Numbered from the stretch's first letter, positions 12,380 to 25,375 are shown. The stretch: DNA of 64,000 nt from Raillietiella orientalis (GCA_036172245.1 JAYWIR010000006.1:2728001-2792000), one strand, 5' to 3'. Program-made: numbers and translations. Notes: generated from the letters alone by a model not told the origin.

Positions 12380-13700
12380 TTGAGCGATACAGAGAAGATC
12401 GGCATAGTCCGCGAGCCAAGTGATGACAAGCAGCATCCTGAAGGGTTTCACGCTTCTTGGTGAGCCGAAAGCAAAAGACGAATAGTCTACCTTCGATGGA
12501 CCGAAAGGGTGCAGGTTTACCTCCGAGATATGTGCAGAACATCTCGGGAAAGCATGACGTCCCGGATCTGGAGAAGGCACGCCCTGAGCTGGACATTGAA
12601 CGTTCCGCCTACTTCTTGCATGGCAGGGGCTACCACGCCTGCGGTTCATTGGCTCCCTATTCGATCTGTCAGAACCTTTTGCCCACGCGAGCGGTGGTCT
12701 TCGAAAAGTGATCGGAAGGTTCAATGTGGAGATGGTCCTTAACATGTACCTTGCACTGCTGTAGCCCACTGCGAATGGGGTGCCATGATTTCGCCTACCA
12801 CTTTAGTTTAAAAATGCTTGGGGGGAAGGGAAAGGATTACAGTTTTTTTCCTGGCGTACTCAGCATCTTCTGGAGGATGTTGGCAACTTCCTCCCTTTGC
12901 TGGAGGACATGTGGTCACCTTGTCTCCTTCCCCATGAAGAAGTGGGCAATTGGAATGATCTCATCATTCGACTGGCCTCTTTCGGTGCAGACTCTCGTCC
13001 ACCTCAGGGGGACGAAACCGGGAACTGGCTTTTAGAACTTCATGCCGGGCCCGTTCTGGCAAACCAGTAGTCCGGACTCCACCCACAACCAGTGCCCCGA
13101 AGGTGCAGCTGTCACTCCACATACGTTGTCCCTTCTCTTCGCCGAACAGTGGCTCCTGTGAGGGCACAGCCGATGGGGATTTCGAGTAGTCGAAGAACGG
13201 TTAGACACACGGAGAACTCGAGACCTCCGGCTGAAAGGCAGAAAGAGGGGAGATGCTGGTGACGCATGCCGGGACTGACGGTGCACCCTAGGTCTGCCGG
13301 GAGCTCCAAGCAGGATAACGAAATGAAAAAAAAAAAGCGAGGGTTCTCGAAATTCCCGACAAAACAGGCGGGGGAAGAGAACTACAGAGAGCAGGAGGTG
13401 ATGATTGCTTGGTCCTTCCTAAGCAAGACTCAGCAAAGCAGTCCTCGTCTTCGCCTCCCCTCCTGTTGCTTCGGCCGACGCTCCTCGTCGTTGCCTGGAA
13501 TGCGATGCGTATCCCCGACTGGCTGCCAAACATTCCGGATGACCCTTTCCACGCCTTTCGTCGTGCACCCGAGGAGTCGAGAAATTTTCGGATCTTCGGA
13601 GCGAGCAGTGATCTTGGGCTCTGTGTCAGGTTGGCAGAGACCGAGCGCTCCCTCCCTGAGTGTCCCTCGGGACGCGACTCGGTGAGCCGGCACGCAGACG
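12380..13700 (+). mobile_element. LINE ORF1 end and ORF2 (endonuclease) start relic
   Basis: GYHACGSLAPYSIC (zinc-knuckle-like) at ~12630 and LLVVAWNAMRI at ~13480 (AP-endonuclease N-terminal xxAWN motif). Confidence 0.55.
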
Positions 13701-13989
13701 GAAGAAGGCAGGCATAATAGAGGGGAGGGAGGGTTAGCAAGTTATCAAAGAGTATTGTAACGAGTCAATTAATTAATTACATATGAGTGAAGTTTGTGCA
13801 TGATCCTGGGGGAATACCAAACGTCACCATCACTGGGACGAGGTATGATGCGGATGGGGAGAGGAAGCCGAACCGAGCTCCGGTGCCGAGGTCTTTCCTG
13901 AAGCCTTCGTGAAACATCGGAGGCGTCCTAATTCGTCTAGGAGCGGGGGTGAGTGCCTCTCTGCTGATTACGTCAATCATGAATGGAAT

Positions 13990-14760
13990 GGAGCCAGTTG
14001 ACCATCCTCCGTAGACTGCGTTCCACCACTCGGCGAGTCGCTACCGCTGCTTAGGCGCAGCGTTCTCCAAGAGTCCTTCCCTCTGCGGCTGCTGCCGAGA
14101 GGGATCCTCCGGGTGCGAGAGGGCAGCTGCACCGTGAGCTGCCACTTGCTCACGAAGAACGGCTTCCACTGCGACCCGATGGCAGAAGAGGAGACCATTC
14201 GATTGCCTCGCTTCCAGGTACAGTTGGGCGAAAGCTCTTTCCTGCCCTAAGGTGCCGGTGTTGGCTCTGCACATTCAACAGATGGAGTGTGCAGTGTTGC
14301 ATCAACCTCTTGCGAGGTGCCACGTTGGTTCCTCTCGATGAGAACCACGCAGTCACGCGTCCGACAGTACCATGGGCGCCGTAGCACCCCTCGTGACCCG
14401 ATGCATCCCTGAAGACCTGGTGCCGAGCCCCGAGGAGGCCGTTCAACATTGTTGACCACGAATCTGCTTGTCAGGATCTCGAGGAAGACGAACGAATTTC
14501 GAGAACGACTCACTCCTGCATCCAGGTCAGCGGAGTGGATGCAAAAGGTCATCCAGCGAGGAAACCTGGGTCCCGTGCTGTGCCATTCTTAGTGGGGGCG
14601 GCGTGACGAAGGTCTCGCTGGGATGATTACCCTCAAGAAAATCCGGACCAGTGGTGTGAAGCCGACCCCCCAGGATGTGCGCTTTTGGAAGTCGTCAGAT
14701 CGGCGCTCTGCACGCACGCACTGAGTTTGGCGTTCGTAGATGCAAACTTCCGTCCGTAGG
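13990..14760 (-). mobile_element. LINE ORF1 relic
   Basis: ERAFAQLYLEA resembles RRAFLRLYYQS that follows the RRCFIC knuckle in the ORF1 relic at 29400-30250. Confidence 0.4.
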
Positions 14761-14869
14761 GATGGCGAAGACCAGTAGTGCCCTGAAGGCAAAGGGATTT
14801 CTGGGTCGGGTGTCTGAGAACCCTTGTAAGCCACGCTGCGGCACTCGAAATCCAGTAAAAAATCGAAAT

Positions 14870-16300
14870 TCACTGTAGATGAGCAGGGAAGAAGAGGCCA
14901 TACACAGACGGTTGAACTGTGGCTTGAAACAGAAGGCCATTCTGTGGACTCGGCCACCTCACGGTCCTGAGGAGACCCACCCCAGTGAACAAGGAAATCC
15001 AACGAAATCCTCCTTGGGGAAATCACAGACTGAGGATGAGACTCGGACAGCTGCTTCGTTCAAAGAAGGAAGGTGGCACTAGAATGAAGAGAGCAGAAAA
15101 CGTGAGCGCTTGGACGCTAGGCAACTGTTGCAAACCACAGACGTGCTGGACGAGTGGCTCCTGTAGTGCCACAGGGATCACACAAAACCTGTTCGAGTGG
15201 CCTCGTTTCTTTATCGGCTACGAGGACAGACTGGTGGATGAACTTCCATACCACGTGGCCAAAGAAACTGAAGCTCATCAACAGGCTGAAGGAGTTCTTC
15301 ACATAAGAAGGACTTTCCAAGGAAGAACTCAAAAGCCTCAGGGATTTCCTGCTTCCTTCCCAGACCACGGGCAACTTGACAGTAGAGTCACTGAAGACTG
15401 GGAACTGTAAGGAATGCAAACCTCCGAGAAATACAACCCTTCCAGTGCACTAGGAGGATCAGGGGCAGTGTCATCTAGAAGCACCGGGGAACCTGGAGCA
15501 GAGTGACACACTCTGGTGGACTCTGATGAGGAGAGGACAAAATGAGCAAATGCAATCCCTGGAAGAGCGACGTGAGAGTTGAAAACTCAGGATGGCATAG
15601 AGGCATTCCATGTGGCACGCGGCGGCATCACTGGACGGGAAACCCTCAGGGCGTGGGAAGAAAAGATCCGAACTCATGTGCTCATCTGTCCGACGCTACC
15701 TTAGAGCTAAAGGACGTTCCCAAAGTATAATACAGAAATGGAGGTCTTGAGTGATTCTTTGGAATGGAAAAGAGCGTGCCCCAGTGCAACCTTATGATGA
15801 AAGGCACAATCGCCTTCTTCATGAAGAGTCGTGGTCAGTGCGGATAGCAGCTTTCTCCTTGGAAACCCTGGTGGTCCTGCTGGAGAAAGAAAGAAACGTC
15901 CGCTGATGTGACTGACGAAGGTGCCATTCTGGACACACTTCGAGGAAGGTGTAAGAAAATGGCCGACAGTGCCTTACGATCCACGGCTTCACGAGCGCTC
16001 GGTGTGAAGAGATGCGCAACTACCCATCAAAGAGGACCAAAATACAGCGTCCCTCTGTTGAGTATTGTTCCGTCGAATGGAACAACCGCGCCGCTTGTTG
16101 GAATGGGAGGAATCGCCATCATATGAGCAGGTGCTCCTATGAGACTCCGTCTTGAGCGTCTGAAGGCGACCTTTGCTTCTTCAGGGCGCTTCTTGCGTTC
16201 GTGATACGAAGGCCCCGCATCCTCTCCACGAAGTCTTGTGGTCCGAGAAATGTCCCTACTCCACTTCTTCCTTTTATTTTTCCCTATTCCCCCCTTCCCC
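14870..16300 (+). mobile_element. L1-like ORF2 C-terminal relic (distinct subfamily)
   Basis: PWG...LLRSKKEGG (L1 post-RT W..L..K.EGGLG motif), a later Cys-containing stretch near 15770 and a T-rich tract at ~16265. Confidence 0.5.
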
Positions 16301-16479
16301 TAAAAGGAGGAAAGTTCTTGTGACGTTTCTTCAACAGTCGGTGGAGATTCGGTTGCACGGTTTCCACGCCCACCGTCGAATGCGCTGAGGAAGAGTCGTG
16401 CTGCTGTTTGGAGGATCAAGATTTGCTTCTTTGATGAAGGAAATTCTGCTAAAAATCCGAGAATCCCCCCCGGCTCACC

Positions 16480-16810
16480 CATGCAACGCGTCCAGCGTCA
16501 CTGACTCAGAGAGAATAGGGATCCTCTAGACTCAGCTCCTGGGCATTCCCCCAGAAGATGTGGTGCTGCCTGCGATTTGGACAGATCCACCCTGCCCCTG
16601 GAGCGGCAGCAATCGGCACTGGAAAAGCCGCACTGGAGTCTCCCATGCAACGCACGCAGGCAACGCCGGTCCAGGGGGAGTGCGGGCCCGAACTGTTGCA
16701 GGTGTGAGGAAAGACAGTCTTCTCCTTTCCCTGTACTGCGTGCCCTACAGCCGTCTGAAGAACGTTTCTTGGTGGTCATCTAGATCCCAGCAGGCAACCC
16801 CAGGGACGGA
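16480..16810 (+). mobile_element. LINE C-terminal zinc-binding fragment
   Basis: STLPLERQQSAL..HWSLPCNARR...PNCCRCEER is homologous to ORF 59239-59565. Ends at GGCAACCCCAGGGACG (GNPRD). Confidence 0.72.
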
Positions 16811-17810
16811 ATTATCATTGATCACGCCAAAGTGCTCAATGAAGACAATAAACCTACTACTTTCAACTTTCCAGGTGAGGCATCACAGCTGATTCTACAG
16901 TGAACCTACCGGGTCGCCGGTAAGCAGACCCTCTGAGCTCACCTAGAGAGCGGAGGGGGAAGAAAGAGGGAAAAAAAAGAATAAAAGTAAGAATAAAAAT
17001 AAATAAGAACACTCTAGAGGACCGGAAGAGGATCACAGTCTGCTGGAGAGAGTCTGTATCCTCTCCAGGATGCCAGCAAGGTCCATCCGAATAGATCCCA
17101 GGTGGGGCCATCTGGCCACAATCTGCAGAAAGCAAACTGCGCACTGGACGACGTCCCTCTCGTTTCTTCTGTTGGCTCCGCTCAAGACCTCTACGATCCC
17201 TTGTATGCAGCGGAGAGCTGCTGAGGCTGCGGCTGGCTGCAGGGCATCACGCACAAAGAGAAGTCGGACAACGTCCCTGGGGTTGCCGCCGGAGGTTCCG
17301 AGAGTCGCAGCAAAGCCTTCTCGAAAGTGCCGAAGGGAAACCCAGTCCACAAATAGGTGCAGGAGGGATTCCCGTTCCCCGCACTTGTGACAGTCCGGGC
17401 TTGCCCTTCTTAGCGTCCAGTGATGTCGGGGAGAATTGCAGGAAAGACGCCAGCGTAGCAGCAGAAGTGCCGACTGCAGTGGGAGAGCGCTGCTGTTCTT
17501 AAGCACTAGGGGCCACTCCAGATCTCCGTTATGAATACCAAGTGGCTCTCCACAACGCCGTAGTTCTCGTGGAAGGACACTCGGGGTCGCAGCATCCGTC
17601 AGCAGCCCTATGGTCGAGCTACTCATCGGTTTCCATTGTGCCTGCGATGTCGCAGGAGACCTCGTCGTTTGGCTTCTGCCAAGTGCCCTCCTCATGAAGT
17701 ACATCGTTGAAGCGAGGAGGCTCCTTTCCGCCCACGTGCTCCTTCTGGGACATCCCAAAACGCTCCGCAACAAGCATCGGGCGTGGTTCCCGAGTCCAGA
17801 CAGTTTCACA
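16811..17810 (-). mobile_element. 5'-truncated L1/Tx1-like LINE (ORF2 C-terminus plus 3' UTR)
   Basis: ORF 17033-17809: LSCN..HHW..PDCHKCGERESLLHLFVD (C-x2-C...H...C zf-RVT-like), IVARWPHLG. U-rich 3' UTR and terminal hairpin at 16818-16830. Confidence 0.85.
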
Positions 17811-17899
17811 CTTCTGGGATTGCCTGGTTCAGCTTCGCCTACATGCCAACTGTTTCTTCTAGCCGAGCGCTAGAGTTGGGAGATGGAGCAGAAACCAAT

Positions 17900-18625
17900 G
17901 AGCAGTTTTCCTTCGCCAGGGCGAATAGCGACCGGGAAGACCGCATCTTGGAACCTTGAGGAGGGAGCATAGATAGTAGGATGTGAGTCCTTCCGTATAG
18001 GATACATGGCTAGAGAGGGGACTTGCAGGAACGCACTGGAGGGTGCTCCGGTACTTTGCCGCGATGGCCGTTGTTCGCCATCGAAGCTGAATTTTCATAC
18101 GCTCCAGCGTCAGGACGCCGAGGACGCCTTCCCGATGCGGAGCACAGACAAGTCAATCGGCGGGACTCAGGAACGGAGTGAGGTGCCTCTTCGTGCATGG
18201 CACACCACCACCAGCTGCGTCGTCGGCAGCTGGCCGCTGTTTCACCTCCTTTTGGCTAATATCATTGTGGCATTGTGGTAGCCTCGAGCGCCGCCGAGGA
18301 TATCCAAAGATTCGCTTCATGAGATCCCTGCGAGATGGCCTCATCTGGGAAATCTCCAGATGGAATTTGCAAGCATTCCCCAGAGGATGCATGGGACGCC
18401 CTGTAGAGAGAAGTACTCCCTTACCCAACCGCTCAACAGAATGTTCCATGTTTATTTATAAATTTCATTTTGCTCCCTTTTTCTCTGCTGCACTCCCCTC
18501 TCCTGAGAAGGCGAATCTCACCGACCCGCCTCCGGCGTCTCGGCACGTTCCCAGGTGACCCTAAACCCATGTTCCTGACTCTGGTTCTCTTGTAAGTTGC
18601 TCCGGTGTAACTGGAGTGGTAGTCG
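17900..18625 (+). mobile_element. LINE 3' fragment, same family
   Basis: VRCLFV, ARWPHLG (GCGAGATGGCCTCATCTGGGA at ~18330), T-rich tract at ~18450 and hairpin CTCCGG-TGTAA-CTGGAG at 18600-18616. Confidence 0.72.
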
Positions 18626-19199
18626 GAGCCTCGCACGCCCATAGGGTTGCAGGGGAACTGTCGCTTGGCTTTTTGCGCGCGAAGAGGTCTCTTCGTGCCG
18701 ATAACTGAAGGAGAAGTCGGGCGCTGCCTGCGGAGCAGGCACGAAAGCGGCTTCTGCAAAACCGTGCGCCTCTTTCTCCCGTCCCAACGGTTTGAGGATC
18801 CACAACCCCGGCGCCCGTCGATTAGGACACTGGGTTTTCCCCGGCGCTGCGTCCTCCTCCGGAGATGATGACCCTTCGGCCCGGCAAAGAAGAATTACGG
18901 AGGCGCTCCAATCAATAACTTTTCAACTCGGCTCGCCGAGCTGGTCGTTCCTCTGCGTGGACAAAAGCCGCTTCCGGCTTATTGATGAGGAGGGGGCCTG
19001 CGTGATCCGCCCGATTGCGCGAGACGCAAGAGAGGACCCAAAATCCATCTTCGCGGAAAGCGCCCCCTCAAGAAAAAAACTTCAGGGAGGAGAAGCAAGC
19101 AATCCGCAGGTCGCGTATGACGAATTGTTGATGCGGTTGATAGCATCGTCTAAGCAAATGCACCGCCGAGGAGAAAAAAATAAATGAAGCAGCTGATTT

Positions 19200-19780
19200 A
19201 TAAGCGGAATGCTCTCCTCCCTCTCGGACGACGGGAGCTCGGGGACGAGGAGATTTTCTCCGCTCCGCTAGATGGTTTCCAAGGATGCGTTTTCGACGCG
19301 GGACTCCAGTCGCTTCTCGCATGCTCTTTTTTCCCTCTCACGCGATCGTCGTCGACGCCATTTCTGCTTGCCTCTCCTCCTTCCATTTTCTTGGAAACTG
19401 CGACGAGTGCCGGTGTCTTGCCGGTCTGTGCGCTCGCCGATGTTCTTCCGGAGCGCTCCTCGGCAGGTCCCTTTAGCAACGGGAGCTCGCTGGCACGGTG
19501 TTCGAAAGCACACTCGGATACTCCGACGTACAGGGCGGGAAACCACGCTCGTCTCAAGTTCATCTGCTGTCTCAGGGTCAAGTGACTCATCGCCTCAGGC
19601 CACAAGTCAGGTGGTGCGCTCGTCCGGCACGTGCCCGTTTTGCGTGGCGTTCTGGGAAACGCGCCTCGCGCCGCGGAAGGGGAAAACGGAGTCGGAGGCC
19701 ACCACCAGGAGCATCGAAATTCCACGCACGCCCGTCTTTCCCTCCTCTGCTCGGCAGATGGCTCTTCCTCTTCATCTTTT
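19200..19780 (-). mobile_element. LINE endonuclease N-terminal relic
   Basis: RAWN followed by PDLWPEAMSHL....RRAW in an adjacent frame, resembling WN...D++LQE-H...W. Confidence 0.4.
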
Positions 19781-20899
19781 CCAGATCAACTTTGCCTGCT
19801 CCCGGAACCTTGCAATAAAGACTGAGGAAATTGCCCAGCTAACCTATCCGAGGATGCGTCATGAGAATGCCCTTCATCGAAATAAGTGCAACCGGTCACA
19901 GACTACATCAGCGTGATCGAATGGAGAAATCGCAGCAGATTTCTTTCCCGAAATGCGGTCCAGCCTGGCAGCGGGAACCCGGAAGTGGATCCGGAAAAAA
20001 AAGAGGAAAAGAAAAATTCCGGTCCGCAGAAGTGACTCCTGCAGCGACGACACACACACACAAAAGAAAACATCGAACTTCATTTTTCTTCGGTTTCCTA
20101 CACGGAGGTGCTCCGGAACCTCTCTGAACACCTTCCTGCTGTTGCTGCTGCTGCTGAGAGTTCGTATGGTATGACAAGGGTAAACGGCGGTTCCGTGTGC
20201 TTGGGCAGGGTCCGCCCCTGGCAGCCCAGGACCAACTGAGCCTGGAAAAATTTCAATTATCAAAGAGGAAAAGCCAAAAAAAAAAAACTGGGCCCGTTTT
20301 TCCTTGGAGCTTGTCCTGTACGAGAGGAAATCCGTTCATAATCTCAACAGCAACTAGAGGATGTATTCCTTAGAAGATTAATAGCGTTTCCGGTGTATAA
20401 ATCCGTTTTATTCCCAAGGCCAACTGCGATCGTGTGTTTCACCTCCTCCGGGATCCCATTGGTCCTCGCGCACGCATTTGTTCAAGACTGTTTTCATCAG
20501 GGTTCCACTTTTATTCCAACAACCTTTCCAGCGCAGTTTAACGTTTTTGTACCGCCGTGTGCCGGTTGCTTTATTGCACTTGGCAACTCGATAGATTTTT
20601 CAAATTTTCTACGAGCGCATTTTCTTTAATTCATCCCGGAATGTCCCGTAAAAAGGATAGATCCGCAATCCAATTCAAGTAGATGCACTCGTTTTCGCTT
20701 CATTCATTTCCTGCTCGAAACAATCCTCATCCCCTTCCAGATACGCTCTTCCCGAACAGAAAGCTGTTTTTTCTATCATTACTCCGGCGTAATCGTTTCA
20801 CAGGATTACCAACTTTCCAGCGAAACTTTCCAGCAACTTCCCTTCTCCGCGAAACAACTTTTCCGTATCTGTCCGCGCCGGTGGAACGAACTTGAATCC

Positions 20900-22100
20900 C
20901 GTTCGACCCGACCCATGCCGGTTGATCTGGGCGACGTCCACCAAGACAGAGTGCACCATGCGTCCCCGGCTCCGTCTGAAGAGGGAGCTCCTTTGAAAGA
21001 GGGTCAAAATGAGGAGCCCAGCACAGAATGCTTAGGTATCACGGTACTTCTTCAGCAAAACAACGCATCCAAGCACCCTTTGGAGACGAGAGGAAAAATC
21101 CTTCAAGAATATACCTGTTGTTGGCACGCCATAAATCCATCCGCGTTCAGCCGGAACGATGCCTCCCTCGGACCTCTAAGCGGAATTCCATGGTTTCCAG
21201 CCCTGGTCTCTCTCGGACGAGTGGTCGTTCTTCAGCACGCGTCTATCCTCTGCGAGGTTTCACTGACCGATGCTTCCCGCTTCCGTGTTCTTCGTGCTTA
21301 TCAATCCCGCCGTCCTCCCACTGCAGCAGCCAGTATCTGTCTGATTCGCAGAGTATCTCACGTGTGTGCACTTGCGAGGATGGGAAGACACGGGCAGACG
21401 TTTCATCACCCATCTTTTTTTTTCATCTGCCTTCCCAGGACTCCATCCTTTCGCGACGACCCGCTTCACAACTTCCCGAGGTGGATTTGCTCGAACTCTT
21501 TCAGGCGTTCCTGCGGGCGGCACGAAGGCCTCCGTGCAGCATTTTCCGAAGTCACATCTCTGCACAGAGCTCGTTTCCACACGTCACACAACGAAACGCG
21601 GGAAGCCCCGAGCACGGGCAACGGCGGACCCAGCCGGAGCCGACCGTCCTTGCACGGAGTGGGCGCAGGCCCGAACGCGCAAGAGTGGACTTTGAAACAA
21701 AATTATTGTGGAAATCGTGCCTCTCTCCGTCGTGGGCAGTCGCACGCCAAGGTGATCTGCTGATGCGAGAGGGAGGCATCGAAAAAACCTGCTTGATGGT
21801 CGAACGTGTTTGCAGCGATCACTCGTCGTGACGATATGTCTGCCGCCATCCTGCTGATACGTGGCGAAGATCCCGTCACCGTTGACCACCTGTCTCATTC
21901 CGGCGTTACCCCGACCATCAACCAGAGTCCATCAACTCTCTCCGTCCAGCTGACAACAAGTCCGTCGAGTTTCAAGGACGACGGTTCTCAGAGAACTGGT
22001 GAAGGATGCAAGCGGCGAAAGGGTCACGAAAGGTCGCTCTTTACCGGGCCTAAGATCGGCGTTCATCACCAATCACTACTTCACGCGTGGGTTGATTTAG
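20900..22100 (+). mobile_element. LINE AP-endonuclease relic
   Basis: GRVVVL...FRVLRAYQS, then RARVDF and VCSDH (RLD and SDH catalytic motifs of APE-type endonucleases), in order across frameshifts. Confidence 0.68.
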
Positions 22101-22950
22101 AGAGACGATGGGTCGAGAAGCTATTCGAGTCCCTCAGCGATTGGGATCAGGATAGCCACCTGCCCTCGTCGCGGATTCCTCTCTGGACTGGTTGCCCTCC
22201 CTTCGGATCCATGGCAGGAGGTTCTTTCGCGCAGTCCTCCGAGGTGTTCCCGAGAGATGAGCGCAACGGCGGGGGTCGGTGCAGGACGCAGCGCTCCAGG
22301 AGGCGGCGATGGGAGTCCTTCCTCCTTGCCGTCTGTTCGGATGCAGCAGGCGGCTCCTCTTCTGCGTCGACTTCTCCGTGGGAAGTCAACACCTATGGGC
22401 ATCGAATGGTGACGTCCTCCCTCATGGATGAAACGAGGGCCGCGCCTGGTCCTCTCCAGCGAGCGGGCGCTGCAGAATGCGGCGATCGGTGGAACACGCG
22501 GCTTGGCTCCCGCCGGATGGAGGCGGGAAGAATTCCCGCGTCGGAGAGCTTCGGACATCCCAAGGACGGCTCGCGGCCCACCGAGGTGAAGACGAGCCGG
22601 CGGAAACCAGGAGGGGAATTGCGCTGCACGTGGGCGTTCGCTGGTCATCAGGGTGCGCGGTCGGTGCATCCGGAAACCACTGCTACTCCCCAGCGAGGCC
22701 GCACGGAACGGGGATGGGAGTGCGTGGGCACGGTGCGACTCCGACACCACGGCTGGAGGCTCACCTGTTCTTCAGGATTCCCCCATATTGGCAGCGAGGG
22801 CGCAGGCAGGTGCGCCGCGCTCCTGCCTGAGGGTGCCCAGCCTTGCCGGCTCCGATCGCCTGCATACTGGCCGCGTTCCGGCGCCTGGAACTTGCGGTTC
22901 CCCGGCGGAGGGATGGATAACCTTTTCTTCTTCTCTCTCTTAAGGACTGC
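22100..22950 (-). mobile_element. LINE ORF1 relic
   Basis: RLHLGGP (RRM-like V.GLP position), VDFPRRSRRRRGAACC and SCHGSEG (knuckle-like). Weak. Confidence 0.35.
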
Positions 22951-23044
22951 GTTCTTCTCGACGGAATTCTGGAACGAGCGCTCCGGCGTTACCTCGTCGT
23001 CCCTGTTTGACGGGCCATTCGTTGCGAATGAAGAAATCCAGAAA

Positions 23045-23870
23045 ATTTGCGCTGCCGGGTAGTCCTGTGTCGACCCCGTAACGATGAGGACAGAACTCGG
23101 GGGGCAGCGGAAGGGAGTCCAATGAATAAATAAATAGATAGGGAGCGAGACGGAATGGTCCCGCGGTACTCGGCAGAATTCCCGAGGGTCAGTGTCTTAC
23201 GGGAAAGAGATGGAAAGCAGAAGGGAAAAGGGCATTCACTGACATCCGGTCAGTGCGCGCACCATCTCCCCCAAGGATCCCTCGCGCTTCACTTACTGTT
23301 GGGACAGTGCCCGCTTCCCACATGCGGGCAGCCGGAAACGGCTCCGGGAGGGTCGGCCACTCTCTTCCCTCGTTTGGGTGGTGGCCGCTGCTCCCATGCG
23401 GCAGAGCGTCTCCAGTATAGAGGCGATAGACAGTCCCTTCAGGACGTGGACATGGGTCCAAATGGATCACCAAGGGCGGCATCGTAGGACCGGAATGCTC
23501 CTGCGTTCTCTTTCTTGAAGAAAACGGCATCGTCGCTCTCCCCGCTGGCGCGTGGCTGCTCCTCTCATTTCGGATGAGTGCACAGTGCACCAACAAGATG
23601 GCAGTGTGCTGGTGACGGAGGGGAAGGCCGGATGCATTCACCAGGAAGCCCGGAACCTCGATGCTTCCATGAGGAATGCCAAGCATCCGCGCTCATCTTT
23701 GGCGTACCCGAGGCCGGATGCCTCGGAGTAGCCTCGTTCTCTAGTGGCATAAATGATGCCCGGCGGGCATGTGATCTCGGAGGTACGTCACCCTCCACGC
23801 TGCAGGATCGTCTTCTTCCTCTCCAAATCCAAACAATTCAGCAACGGAAGCAAGGAGCCCCGAAGGATCA
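23045..23870 (-). mobile_element. LINE 3' fragment, same family
   Basis: NASGLPLRHQHTAILLVHCAL..N matches NTSTLP..QESALLL..W.LPCN. The 3' UTR TTTATTTATT...ACTCCCTTCCGCT is shared with ~25220-25252, and ACCCGGCAG lies at 23052-23060. Confidence 0.65.
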
Positions 23871-24719
23871 GACGCTGACATCTGGGAAGTGGGCTGACGT
23901 TGTCTGGTACCCCTGTGAGTGGGGAGTCCCTAGAGGACTGATGGTGCCCCTGTTAGGGGTGGGTGTTGGGCTTTCCGCGCTCGTTGTAGTTTCCAGTGAT
24001 CCTTGCTACCAGGCACCCTGGTTCTAAGGGATCTACTCGGTTTTTCTTCAGAAGAACCTGACATCCTCAGACGAAGGTACCTTGGAGTTCCCCTGTACTA
24101 TTCTGCGAAGTGTAGAGGCGGTAAGGATGCAGACACCCCTTCGGACGTGGGCGTGTTCTGCAACGCCCAAGGGTGAGGGTGGCGCCAGGTGACGTCGTCC
24201 TCTTCCCTACGTGCAGGGTTGGCAGCGGGTCAAAGAGGTGACTCTAGGAGCCAGCGGAGATGAACCAGATGATGCGCAAGCTATTAGGGATGCATGCCCT
24301 ATTGTCTCCATTTCTCCTCTTCCCATTCTTCCTCCCATATTCATCCCAAATTGAAGAGCAAGCTATAATTACTCTGTAGTGTTGTTGCCCAAGTTCAAGT
24401 TATGTTGAACCTTTCATTGCACCACTCACCACCCCTGTTTGTGCCTGATTAATTCCGATGATCTCATACTTAGATTTCTTAAACCACTGTGCCAACTCTT
24501 GATTCCACACCTTAAACATGACCGCTGCAAGAGCTACTTAACCCTGAGAGACTACACGTGAGCACGAGGGAGCCACATGTGTACCCCATGTACTGATAGT
24601 TCCATAGAAGATACTTGAATTGACATCACCCCCTCCACCTCTAACTTCTAGGCAAAGGGACCACTTCGGTAGAGTGGCCTGCTTGGTGTGTCCCCTGAAC
24701 TCGTGATTCCTTCCCAATG

Positions 24720-25375
24720 TGCAGGCACTTCCTTATTCCCACTCCTCTGGAAATGGAATGTCCTGCTGTCTGCACACTGGAGCTTTTTGCGAAGTCAGCT
24801 CCGGCACCCCGCCTCCAAGGGTATCGAACCCTTGAACGACTCCAGGTGAGAGGCAACTGCATCGTCACCGCATACCTTGATGGACTGCGGTGCCTTCCAA
24901 GAGCTGTCGAGACTTCCTTCAGCGTTCCTGAAACCCGAGGTCACTGCGAAGGATTTGCTGCGGCGATTCTTCGCGCACAAGCAAGTCTACGGCAGGAGTC
25001 GTGATTAGGACGATGGGTTGCGCCAGCGCAACCGGCACAGCCCGCCGTATGCTGGGGCGTCGGGCGCAGCGAAGGGAGTCCAGCCGCAAGTCCGCCGTCT
25101 TCGTAAGGACCACTGGGAGGTGGTTTCTCCTGCAGAAAGACAAAAACGAGTCTCATATCGCCGGCATCCAGCTTCGGTTATAGTAAATAATGCCAGGGGC
25201 ACGTGCTCACATCCTCTCTCTTTATTTATTTATTATCCACTCCCTTCCGCTCTGGACTTCGTCTTCAACCGACCTACATGACCTCTCATAAACTTGTTTT
25301 CGCTGTTTTGAGGAGCTGCGTTGCGATTCGCTTACTTTTTTGGGGCAGACGACCCGGAACGACGCGTCAAAAAAT
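24720..25375 (+). mobile_element. LINE 3' fragment
   Basis: MDCGAFQEL..DLLRRFFA; TGCTGCGGCGATTCTTCGCGC and the T-rich 3' UTR are shared with 31640-32160. Confidence 0.7.

Noticed and set aside
21806..23062. Longest ORF in the track (418 aa, +)
   Set aside because: No recognisable domain. It is Arg/Gly/Ser-rich and mostly antisense to an ORF1-like relic, so it looks like a chance ORF in GC-rich decayed repeat.
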